Origin: Polyangiales bacterium
GTDB lineage: Bacteria; Myxococcota_A; Polyangia; Polyangiales; Ga0077539
NCBI GenBank assembly: GCA_041389885.1
Contig: JAWKRB010000021.1
Span: forward strand, 56,842-120,841
Direction of reading: 5' to 3'
Length of the DNA: 64,000 bases
Both the position numbers and the translations under genes were made by a program. The notes below the pieces were generated by a model. That model ran no database searches and was not told the origin of the DNA. It saw only the letters and a program-made list of their open reading frames with translations. This document shows positions 53,720-61,932 of this stretch, piece by piece. Positions within the stretch are counted from its first letter, which is position 1; each line of letters begins with the position of its first letter.

Positions 53720-55162
53720 ATGAGCGACGACCCCTCCATGAGCGAATTCGCATCCCTCTTCGAGTCCACCGGGGCGAAGACCCCGAAGCGCGCAGACCTC
53801 CGCGTGGGCGCGCGCGCCGAGGGGACGGTCGCGAGGATCACCCGCGAGGCGGTGTTCCTCGAGCTCGACGCGAAGCGCCAGGCGTGGATCGACGCGCAGG
53901 AGCTCACCGGCCCCGACGGCGCGCTCACCGTGAAGCTCGGCGACACGGTGTCGGCGCACGTGGTCGAGGTCGACGCGCGCACCGGCGACGTGAAGCTCGG
54001 TCGCTCCCTCGGGCGCAAGGGCGACACCGCGTCGCTCGAGATCGCGCGGGAGCAGGGCATCGCCGTCGAGGGCAAGGTCGCCGCGGTGAACAAGGGCGGC
54101 GCCGAGGTGCACATCGACGGCGTGCGGGCGTTCTGCCCGACCTCGCAGCTCGACGTTCGCTACGTCGCCGACCCGCAGAGCTTCGTCGGAAAGACCCTGC
54201 GCTTTCGCGTCACCGAGGTTCGCGAGGGCGGGCGCAACGTGGTGCTCTCGCGCCGCGCGGTGCTCGAGGCCGAGGCCCGCGAGGCGCTCGCGCACATCCT
54301 CAAGTCTCTCGCGCCGGGCGCGAACGTCACCGGCACCGTGTCGGGCGTGCGCGAGTTCGGCGCCTTCGTCGACCTCGGCGGCGCCGAGGGGCTCATCCCC
54401 GCGAGCGAGCTCTCGCACGACTCGCAGGTGCGCCCCGGCGACGTGCTCAAGATCGGCGACGTGGTCAGCGTGCAGGTGAAGGAGCTCCGTGAGAAAGACG
54501 GCGAGACCCGCATCACCCTCTCGCTCAAGGCCCTGAGCGCCGACCCCTGGGACGCCCTCGCCGCGCTCGCGCCGGTGGGCAAGGTCGTCGCCGGCACCGT
54601 GACCCGCCTCGCGGATTTCGGCGCGTTCATTCGCGTCGCCGCGGGCGTCGAGGGGCTGCTCCACGTGTCGGAGCTCCCGGGCCGCGCGGCACACCCGTCG
54701 CAGTCGCTCGAGGTGGGTCAGTCGATCCTCGTCGCGGTGAAGTCGGCCGACGCCGCCGCGCGCAAGATCTCCCTCACCCTCGCGCCCGAGGGCGCCGAGG
54801 CGGGCGCCGCGGTGGGCGGCGTCGGGCTCGTCGTGGGCAGCATCGTGAAGGTCACCGTCGACCGCATCGAGAGCTTCGGGCTCTTCGTGCAGGTCGAGGG
54901 CTCGCGCAGCCGCGGCGGGCGCGGGCTCGTGCCCGTCGCCGAGCTCGGCCTGCCCCGCGGCGCCGACCTGCGCAAGCACTACCCCGAGGGCACGGCCTTC
55001 GAGGCCAAGGTCCTCGAGACCGGCGAGGGGCGGCTGCGGCTCTCGGTGCGCAAGATCCGCGACGACGAGGAGCGAGCCGCGTACGAGGGCTACCGCACCA
55101 CGGCGAAGGCGGGCGCGAAGGCGACCCTCGGCGACCTCATCAAGTCACGCGCCAGGCGCTGA
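53720..55162 (+). CDS. Multi-S1-domain RNA-binding protein (RpsA-like)
   Basis: There are several S1 units, for example GTVSGVREFGAFVDLGGAEGLIPASELS and GTVTRLADFGAFIRVAAGVEGLLHVSEL. Confidence 0.88.
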   Translation: MSDDPSMSEFASLFESTGAKTPKRADLRVGARAEGTVARITREAVFLELDAKRQAWIDAQELTGPDGALTVKLGDTVSAHVVEVDARTGDVKLGRSLGRKGDTASLEIAREQGIAVEGKVAAVNKGGAEVHIDGVRAFCPTSQLDVRYVADPQSFVGKTLRFRVTEVREGGRNVVLSRRAVLEAEAREALAHILKSLAPGANVTGTVSGVREFGAFVDLGGAEGLIPASELSHDSQVRPGDVLKIGDVVSVQVKELREKDGETRITLSLKALSADPWDALAALAPVGKVVAGTVTRLADFGAFIRVAAGVEGLLHVSELPGRAAHPSQSLEVGQSILVAVKSADAAARKISLTLAPEGAEAGAAVGGVGLVVGSIVKVTVDRIESFGLFVQVEGSRSRGGRGLVPVAELGLPRGADLRKHYPEGTAFEAKVLETGEGRLRLSVRKIRDDEERAAYEGYRTTAKAGAKATLGDLIKSRARR

Positions 55163-55240
55163 CGCACGAAGCCCCCGGCGCGTGGGCAGGTCCGTGGATC
55201 TGCCTCGCCCGAGGGCCTCCCATGCAACGCGCGGTCGAGG

Positions 55241-55951
55241 TCAGTCGAGGGGGACGGGGCAGCTGAAGACCTCGGCCTGCTGGTACATCCCGATCACGGA
55301 GCCGAGGCCGAAGACCAGCAGCACGGCGAAGAGCGTGAGGCTGATGACCTGCATCTGCCGCGAGGCCTTGGGCGAGGCCGCGAGGCCGTTGATGAAGGCC
55401 GCGGTGTAGACGCCGTTGGCGAGGTGGTAGGCGATGCCGATGACGCCGAGGGTGTAGACCACCAGCGTCGGGGGGTGGTGGCGCATGTGCCCGGCGAGGT
55501 CGCAGAACTCCTCGTGGCCGGTGGGGTTGCCGAGGGCGGGCTTGATGCGCGCGAGGAAGATGTGCGCGCCGAGAAAGCCCATGAGGCCCAGCGCCGAGAG
55601 CCGCTGCAGGAGGTACTTCGCGTTGCCGAAGAACTTGTACCCGTTGGGCTTCGTCATGCGGATGCGGCGCAGGCCCCAGAGGGTGTGCAGCACCAGCGGA
55701 CCGAGCACCACGAGGCTCACGAGCCACGACGAGACGCCGTTGCCCACGTAGGTCGAGGTGCCGTCGACGACGCGGACGTCGGTGACGTGCGCGGCCCACG
55801 CCTCGCGGCCGGCCCACACGTAGAGGTTCTCCCAAAGGTGCCAGACGGTCCATACGCCCAGGGGCGCGAGCGCCAACACAGACCCGAGCCTCGGCAAGAG
55901 GCCCCCGCGACCCGCCGCGACCTCGACCTCACCGTGCACTGCCTCAGACAT
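55241..55951 (-). CDS. Diheme cytochrome b of the succinate:quinone oxidoreductase b558 (SdhC) family, orphan
   Basis: Four His residues sit in TM helices in the b558 pattern: TVWHLWEN, LVLHTLWG, LGAHIFLA and IAYHLANGVY. The ATG at 55951 was confirmed. The rest of the 826-aa track ORF is shadow. Confidence 0.75.
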   Translation of the reverse strand: MSEAVHGEVEVAAGRGGLLPRLGSVLALAPLGVWTVWHLWENLYVWAGREAWAAHVTDVRVVDGTSTYVGNGVSSWLVSLVVLGPLVLHTLWGLRRIRMTKPNGYKFFGNAKYLLQRLSALGLMGFLGAHIFLARIKPALGNPTGHEEFCDLAGHMRHHPPTLVVYTLGVIGIAYHLANGVYTAAFINGLAASPKASRQMQVISLTLFAVLLVFGLGSVIGMYQQAEVFSCPVPLD

Positions 55952-56155
55952 CTCTGACCCTCTCCTCGCTACGCGCGCTCGCACGAAGCGGCGCTGTCTT
56001 CGGGCGCGTACCCTTCTCACGGCGACGCGCCCCATGCAATCCCTCTGCGCGGACGGCGTTGCAGAACCGCGGCGGGGTCGGTTACACATCGACGCCGCCG
56101 CGGCGACCGCACGCCCTCTCAGCGTGTGGTCCGCGAGGAGGAGCGACTCGAACTC

Positions 56156-57079
56156 ATGGCTCACACCGATCGCGTACGTCAGATTCTGTCGTGGTACGGC
56201 AGCGACAGCCCGGGCACGCGGGCGAACATCTCGCGCCTGCTCAATCATGGGCGCCTCGCGGGCACTGGCAAGCTCGTGATCCTCCCGGTGGATCAGGGCT
56301 TCGAGCACGGCCCCGCCCGCTCGTTCTCGCCGAACCCCGCGGGCTACGACCCCGACTACCACGCGCAGCTCGCCATCGACGCCGGCTGCAACGCCTACGC
56401 GGCGCCGCTGGGCTTCATCGAGGCCGTGGCCGACCGCTTCGCGGGGGAGATCCCGCTGATCCTCAAGCTGAACAACAGCGACTCGCTGTCGAAGGGCCAC
56501 TCGCCCTGCTCGGCGATCACGGGCTCGGTCGACGACGCGGTGCGCCTGGGCTGCGCGGCCATCGGCTTCACGATCTACCCCGGCTCCGCCGACCGGAACG
56601 TGATGTACGAGGAGTTCCGCGAGATCACCGCCGAGGCCAAGGCCTCGGGCCTCGCCGTGGTGCTCTGGGCCTACCCCCGCGGCGAGGGCCTCGCCAAGGA
56701 GCACGAGCAGGCCGTCGACGTGAGCGCCTACGCCGCGCAGATCTCCGCGCAGCTCGGCGCGCACATCATCAAGATCAAGCCCCCGAAGAACGTCATCGCG
56801 CAGGCCGAGGCGCAGAAGTCGTTCGAGAAGGCCGGCATCCCCACGGCCACCCTCACCGACCGCGTGCGCCACTGCGTGCAGTCGGCGTTCAACGGCAAGC
56901 GCATCCTGATCTTCTCGGGGGGCGAGGCCAAGGGCACCGACGCGGTGCTCGCCGAGGTGCGCGAGATCGCCGCGGGCGGCGCCTTCGGGTCCATCATGGG
57001 CCGCAACGCGTTCCAGCGTCCGCGCGAGGAGGCCATCCAGCTCCTGCACGACGTCATGGACATCTTTCGCGACGCCTGA
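56156..57079 (+). CDS. fbaB: Class I fructose-bisphosphate aldolase (FbaB/DhnA family)
   Basis: NHGRLAGTGKLVILPVDQGFEHGP, LAIDAGCNA and IPLILKLN closely parallel E. coli FbaB. GAGGAGGA lies upstream of ATG 56156. Confidence 0.88.
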   Translation: MAHTDRVRQILSWYGSDSPGTRANISRLLNHGRLAGTGKLVILPVDQGFEHGPARSFSPNPAGYDPDYHAQLAIDAGCNAYAAPLGFIEAVADRFAGEIPLILKLNNSDSLSKGHSPCSAITGSVDDAVRLGCAAIGFTIYPGSADRNVMYEEFREITAEAKASGLAVVLWAYPRGEGLAKEHEQAVDVSAYAAQISAQLGAHIIKIKPPKNVIAQAEAQKSFEKAGIPTATLTDRVRHCVQSAFNGKRILIFSGGEAKGTDAVLAEVREIAAGGAFGSIMGRNAFQRPREEAIQLLHDVMDIFRDA

Positions 57080-57100
57080 TCGCTCCCCGCGCGCCCGCCG

Positions 57101-57625
57101 ATGCCCCCCGTCGCCTCCGCCGCGTGGCGCGCGCTGATCCTCCTGCTCCAGGCCCTCGCGCCGGGCCTCATGCCCCTCGCGGTGCGCCCCGACCCCGTCA
57201 CCCCGCACCTCCTCGCCGCGCGCTGCGGCAGCGCCCTCGCGCTCCTCGCGCTCCTCGCGGCGATGGTGCTCTGGCTCTCCCGCGCGCGCCGTCACGCCGT
57301 GGGCGCGCTGCTCGGGCTCGCGACGCTGGGCGCGGCGATGGCGTGCGCGCTGCGCTTCCCCTCCGCGCGCTGGCCGCTGGGCGCGGGGGTGCTGGTGGTG
57401 GGTCCCTTGCTGTGGCTGACCCTCCTCGCCGCAGCGCGCACGACCCAGCGCCCGCGGCTGCGCCTCGCGCTCACCGCGCTGTGGTTCGTCGGGCTGATGG
57501 CCGACGCCTACACGGCCCGCGGCTCGATTCGCCACGCCATGGCGCCGCCCCCCGAGGCGAGCCCGGTCGAGGCCGAGCTCCCCGACGCGACGATCCCCCT
57601 CGTCGACGCGACGCTGAGCGACTAA
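57101..57625 (+). CDS. Hypothetical membrane protein with about 4 TM helices
   Basis: GC3 is strong and hydrophobic helices include ALALLALLAAMVLWL and VLVVGPLLWLTLLAAA. Confidence 0.6.
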   Translation: MPPVASAAWRALILLLQALAPGLMPLAVRPDPVTPHLLAARCGSALALLALLAAMVLWLSRARRHAVGALLGLATLGAAMACALRFPSARWPLGAGVLVVGPLLWLTLLAAARTTQRPRLRLALTALWFVGLMADAYTARGSIRHAMAPPPEASPVEAELPDATIPLVDATLSD

Positions 57626-57638
57626 GGATCCCTGCTCG

Positions 57639-58001
57639 ATGGCAAAGCTATGGATGACGATCGGCGCGGTGAACGGGTTCGTCTCCGTCGCCGCCGGGGC
57701 CTTCGGCGCGCACGGTCTCAAGCGTCGGATCTCCGAGCAGATGCTCGCGCACTGGGAGACCGCCGCGCGCTACCAGATGATGCACGCGCTCGCGCTCCTC
57801 GCGGTGGCGGCCCTCGCCGAGTCGCGGGGCGAGGCGATGAACGGCGCGGGGTGGTCGTTCACCGCGGGCATCGTGGTGTTCAGCGGGAGCCTGTATGTGC
57901 TCGCGCTCACGGGCGTGACGAAGCTCGGGATGATCACGCCCCTGGGCGGCCTCGCGCTGCTCGCGGGGTGGCTGCTCGTGCTGCGCGCGTCGCTCGCGTA
58001 G
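57639..58001 (+). CDS. DUF423 (YgdD-like) membrane protein
   Basis: GAFGAHGL, YQMMHALALL and a GSLY motif are present in a four-TM, 120-aa protein. Confidence 0.85.
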   Translation: MAKLWMTIGAVNGFVSVAAGAFGAHGLKRRISEQMLAHWETAARYQMMHALALLAVAALAESRGEAMNGAGWSFTAGIVVFSGSLYVLALTGVTKLGMITPLGGLALLAGWLLVLRASLA

Positions 58002-58008
58002 AGGGCCC

Positions 58009-58584
58009 TCAGCGCGAGGGCACGAGCCAGCGCAGCTGCGCCCAGCCGGGCTCGCGCTGCCGCGAGACCGGGAGCGACTTGAGCCGCGTGCGCGCGTCGC
58101 CCTCGATCATCAGCCGCGCGCGGTGGTGCATGCGCCCCGCGTGCTCGACGGGCTTCTTCGCCTCGGGGCCGAGGCCGCGGAGGAACTCGCTCCCCGGCGA
58201 GAGGTCGCCCTTGCGGAGCCACTGAGGTCGCGAGGCCGCCGCGGGCTGCTCGTCGCGCACCACGCGCTCGAACTGCTCGACGCGCACGCCCACGAAGAGA
58301 AAGCACCGGGTCGGGTCGAAGATCCCGTCGCTCACGCCGCCGATGGCGCAGTCGACGCTCCACACCTCGTCGACGAAGGCCTCCAGGGCGAGCTCGTAGC
58401 GCTGGCGGTCGGGGTCGTTGAGCTTGTGGCGGGGAACGCCCTCGCTCAGGCGCGCGTAGACCTCGCTCGCGCTGGCGGAGGGCTCGAGGCCCAGCCGGGC
58501 GTGAAAGCGGGCGACGACGGCCTGCGCCGCGTCGGGTTCCACGGGGAGCCCGACGCAGATGCGGTGATAGATCTCGTAGAGCAT
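58009..58584 (-). CDS. Hypothetical protein of 191 aa
   Basis: The ATG at 58584 was confirmed and GC3 is strong. I recognise no motif. The 5' part of the 444-aa track ORF is shadow. Confidence 0.65.
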   Translation of the reverse strand: MLYEIYHRICVGLPVEPDAAQAVVARFHARLGLEPSASASEVYARLSEGVPRHKLNDPDRQRYELALEAFVDEVWSVDCAIGGVSDGIFDPTRCFLFVGVRVEQFERVVRDEQPAAASRPQWLRKGDLSPGSEFLRGLGPEAKKPVEHAGRMHHRARLMIEGDARTRLKSLPVSRQREPGWAQLRWLVPSR

Positions 58585-58755
58585 GGGGTGGGGCCGAGGG
58601 CGTCTAGCACAGGGCCCCGCCGAGCCGCTACGGGACCCCGCGTCCCGCTTGCAGCGCAGGCACACCGCGGGTAGAAGTCGCGCCGCCCCATGGCGACCCT
58701 GGAACACCCCACGGGCCGCGCCGGGCGATACCCGCACGCTTGTGAGGTTTGCACC

Positions 58756-59370
58756 ATGGACCGTCCCCGTAATGACCGTGAGCTCCGCGACTTGTTGACC
58801 TACCTCCGCGACTCGTTTCAAGACTCCGCGCGTCGTATCGACGACTACCTCGCCCGCGTCGACGGCGCCCGCCCCGAGGCCCGCCCCGAGGCCCGCCCCG
58901 AGGTCCGCCGCGAGCGCACCTGGCGGGATGACCGCGACGCGCACGGCACCCGTGACGCGCACGGCGCCCGCGACGCGGGGCCCGCCCGTGACGACCGCGC
59001 GCCCCGCGGCCCGGCCGTCGAGCGCGGCGCCGACGCGGCCCCCGGCGGCTTCGTGCACGAGTCCCTCGAGAAGCTCCGCGAGGAGGTCCGCTGGATCTCG
59101 CAGGAGGCCCCCTCGATGGACGCCCCCCTGCTGCGGCTCTACATCGAGGCCGTGACCGCCGAGACGCGCGGGCTGCAGAGCCGCGCGGGCGACCCCGCCG
59201 ACGGCGACATCGCCGCGAAGATCATGCGCGCCCTCACCGCGATCGTGAGCGAGCACCGCCCCGGCCACGTGTACGGCCTCGCGCGGCACCACCAGGCCGA
59301 CTGGGACGACATCGACTCGCCGCGCCCGCGGCGAGATCCGCACCTTCCCCAGCAGCGGCGGCCCCGGTGA
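58756..59370 (+). CDS. Hypothetical protein of 204 aa with an Arg/Asp-rich low-complexity centre
   Basis: It starts at ATG 58756 (MDRPRNDRELRDLL). It contains (ARPE)x3 and (RDAHG)x2 micro-repeats and has helical ends. Confidence 0.55.
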   Translation: MDRPRNDRELRDLLTYLRDSFQDSARRIDDYLARVDGARPEARPEARPEVRRERTWRDDRDAHGTRDAHGARDAGPARDDRAPRGPAVERGADAAPGGFVHESLEKLREEVRWISQEAPSMDAPLLRLYIEAVTAETRGLQSRAGDPADGDIAAKIMRALTAIVSEHRPGHVYGLARHHQADWDDIDSPRPRRDPHLPQQRRPR

Positions 59371-59443
59371 CCGAGGTCACCGCGGAGAACTGAGCCCTTC
59401 GACTCGAGCGGCTCCCGCGAAGCGCTCGCGGGAGCCCAGAGTT

Positions 59444-59977
59444 TCACTGCACCGGGCGGCCCGCGACGAGGTTCGCGATGCCCGCTTGAATCGCAGGCTG
59501 CTCCGACATCGAGAAGCCCTCGCGCTCGCGGGCGATGATGCCCTGCCGGTCGATCCACACCGAGAACGGCGCCGCGCGGCGGGTGTTGTAGACCGACACC
59601 ACCTCGGTCTGCAGGTCGGTCACGATGGGGAACGTGATCCCCATCTGCCGCGCCCTCGCGCCGGCCTCGGAGACGGTGTCGGGGCCGTCCATCGAGATGC
59701 CCACCACCATCAGCCGGCCGCGGTACCGCTGAAAGAGCGCCTGATACACCGGGAGCTCTTGCAGGCAGGGCTGACACCACGTCGCCCAGAAGAGCACCAC
59801 GACCGGCCGGCGCCGAAGGTGGTCGGTGAGGCGAAAGCGTCCGCTGAAGGTGCCCCCCGGCGCGCCGGGCAGGGCGAACTCCGGCGCCTCAGAGCCCACC
59901 GCCGCGAAGCTGGGCGGCGCGGTGAGCATGATCGTGGGGATGAGCAGGGTCATCGCGGAGAAGGTTCGTCGGTTCAT
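59444..59977 (-). CDS. TlpA-like periplasmic thiol:disulfide oxidoreductase (thioredoxin fold)
   Basis: The signal is MNRRTFSAMTLLIPTIMLTAPPSFA and the active site is WATWCQPC. Confidence 0.85.
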   Translation of the reverse strand: MNRRTFSAMTLLIPTIMLTAPPSFAAVGSEAPEFALPGAPGGTFSGRFRLTDHLRRRPVVVLFWATWCQPCLQELPVYQALFQRYRGRLMVVGISMDGPDTVSEAGARARQMGITFPIVTDLQTEVVSVYNTRRAAPFSVWIDRQGIIAREREGFSMSEQPAIQAGIANLVAGRPVQ

Positions 59978-60080
59978 CACGGCGAGCGATGATACCGCCG
60001 TTCAGGCCAAAAGATTCATCGGCCCTCGCGCTTCGCGAAGGTTGCGGCGAACGCCAAACTGGGATAGTGCCCGCACGGTG

Positions 60081-61133
60081 ATGGCTTTGTCCTCTCGCCT
60101 TGCTTTTGGCTTCGCCCTGGGCGCGTCGCTCCTCGGCGCGTGCTCCTCCACCACGGGCACCGACGCGGGCGCCCCCGCCGATGTCGTGACCGCGGCCGAC
60201 GTGCAGACCGCCGTCGACGTCGCCGCCGACACCGGGCCCGTCGACGCCGGCCCGCCGCCGCGCACCAACCAGCCCATCTACGCGCCCTGCGTGAACGACG
60301 GCGAGTGCGAGTCGGGCCTGACCTGCCGCACCGAGGCCGAGAGCGGCATCTCCGGCGGGCAGTGCAACCGCGAGTGCACCCGCGACGACGACTGCGTCTA
60401 CCTGGGCGAGGCCCCCGCCGACGGCTACTGCACCCCGGCGACGGCGACGAACCCCCGCCGCCTCTGCCAGCGCGTGTGCGTCAACGGCATCGACTGCGAG
60501 CGGGCGGGCTTCACCTGCCAGCTCATCTCGACGCTCACGATGCTCAGGGTGTGCATCCCGGTGTGCACCCCCGACAGCTGCGTCGACGGCACCACGTGCA
60601 ACCCCGCGAGCAACCGCTGCGAGCCGACGGGCACGACGCCCACGGGCCCGGCGTTCGGCGAGGCCTGCCGCGCCCCGAACGACCCGATGGCGTCGGCCGA
60701 GAACCGCTGCCCGTCGAACCTCTGCCTCGCGGAGAACAACTTCGACTCCAACATGCGCGCGGTGCCCAGCGGCTGGATCGGCGGGGGCATGTGCCTGAGC
60801 CGCTGCATCCTCCCGCAGGGATACAACAGCAGCACGCTCTGGCCCGAGCGCACGCTCCCCCGCGCGGGGTGCCCCGAGGGGGGCGTGTGCTTCCCCAACG
60901 GCACGCTCACCCGCGGCGACCTGGGGCTCTGCCTCAAGGAGTGCCGCGCGAACGGGGACTGCCGGCCGGGCTACTTCTGCCGACAGACCTACTCGCTCGG
61001 CATGGGTCGCACGACGACCTTTCAGAACGGCTACTGCGCGCCGATCAACTGCGCGGCGGCGGGCATGACCTGCCCGGCGGGGCACACATGCCGCATGTCG
61101 AGCGCGACGGCGGGCATCTGTGTCGCCAACTGA
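60081..61133 (+). CDS. Cysteine-rich lipoprotein with 32 Cys after the lipobox
   Basis: The lipobox is LGASLLGAC. CxxDxxCxxGxxC-type motifs recur: CVNDGECESGLTC, CVNGIDCERAGFTC and CRANGDCRPGYFC. The ATG at 60081 was confirmed. Confidence 0.8.
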   Translation: MALSSRLAFGFALGASLLGACSSTTGTDAGAPADVVTAADVQTAVDVAADTGPVDAGPPPRTNQPIYAPCVNDGECESGLTCRTEAESGISGGQCNRECTRDDDCVYLGEAPADGYCTPATATNPRRLCQRVCVNGIDCERAGFTCQLISTLTMLRVCIPVCTPDSCVDGTTCNPASNRCEPTGTTPTGPAFGEACRAPNDPMASAENRCPSNLCLAENNFDSNMRAVPSGWIGGGMCLSRCILPQGYNSSTLWPERTLPRAGCPEGGVCFPNGTLTRGDLGLCLKECRANGDCRPGYFCRQTYSLGMGRTTTFQNGYCAPINCAAAGMTCPAGHTCRMSSATAGICVAN

Positions 61134-61208
61134 GAATCTGTGTGAGAATGCGGCACGCGCAACCCGTGCGCGACTACTTGTGACCGTCTCGGCGTCAGGA
61201 GCGATTCG

Positions 61209-61892
61209 ATGAAGTTCATCGCAGGTTCAATGATGGTCGCGCTTGCCATGGCAGGCTGCGGCGGATCCAACACCAGCCCCGCCGGCGCCGCTGACGCGGG
61301 CTCGGCCGACGTGGTGACTGCGCCTGTCGACACCGGCGCGGTGGCCGAGGACGCCGGCGCGGCGCCCGAGGACTCGGGGATGGCCGCGGAGATGTACCCC
61401 GCGGGTCCCTACGGCGCGCGCATCGGCGCGCTCTTCGAGCCCTTCAGCCTCACGGCGTGCAACCGCCAGGGCGACGAGGCCACCTGGAACTTCAACCAGC
61501 CCGACTTCTTCACGTCGAACGTGACCGTGGTGACCGTGTCGGCGATGTGGTGCGTGCCCTGCCAGGCGGAGACGCGGCAGATGCAGGCCGAGATCGTCGA
61601 GCGCTACGCGGGCATGGGCGTGCGGCTCGTGCAGGTGCTGGTGCAGGACGCGAGCTACCGCGCCATCGCGCCGAGCACCTGCAACACCTGGGTCTCTCGC
61701 TACAACCTGACCTTCCCGGTGCTCATGGACCCCACGAACGTGATGGGGATCTACTACCCGCGCGGGGCCTTCCCGGCGAACATCGTGATCGACCGCCGCG
61801 GCCGCATCCGCGCGCAGGAGTACGGCACCGAGACCGGCCTCTCGCGCATCCGCACGCACATCGAAGACGTGCTGGCGAATCCCAACGGCTGA
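61209..61892 (+). CDS. TlpA-like thioredoxin-fold lipoprotein
   Basis: The lipobox is VALAMAGC and the active site is AMWCVPC. Confidence 0.85.
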   Translation: MKFIAGSMMVALAMAGCGGSNTSPAGAADAGSADVVTAPVDTGAVAEDAGAAPEDSGMAAEMYPAGPYGARIGALFEPFSLTACNRQGDEATWNFNQPDFFTSNVTVVTVSAMWCVPCQAETRQMQAEIVERYAGMGVRLVQVLVQDASYRAIAPSTCNTWVSRYNLTFPVLMDPTNVMGIYYPRGAFPANIVIDRRGRIRAQEYGTETGLSRIRTHIEDVLANPNG

Positions 61893-61932
61893 GCAGTCCC
61901 CTCTACCCTTCGCGCTGGGCTCCCACCAGAAC

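Noticed and set aside
55952-57721. Upstream 590 codons of the 826-aa minus ORF ending at 55241, and the 56059-57657(+) ORF
   Set aside because: They are antisense to or out of frame with fbaB and the membrane protein genes, with shadow composition. The SdhC-like protein starts at ATG 55951.
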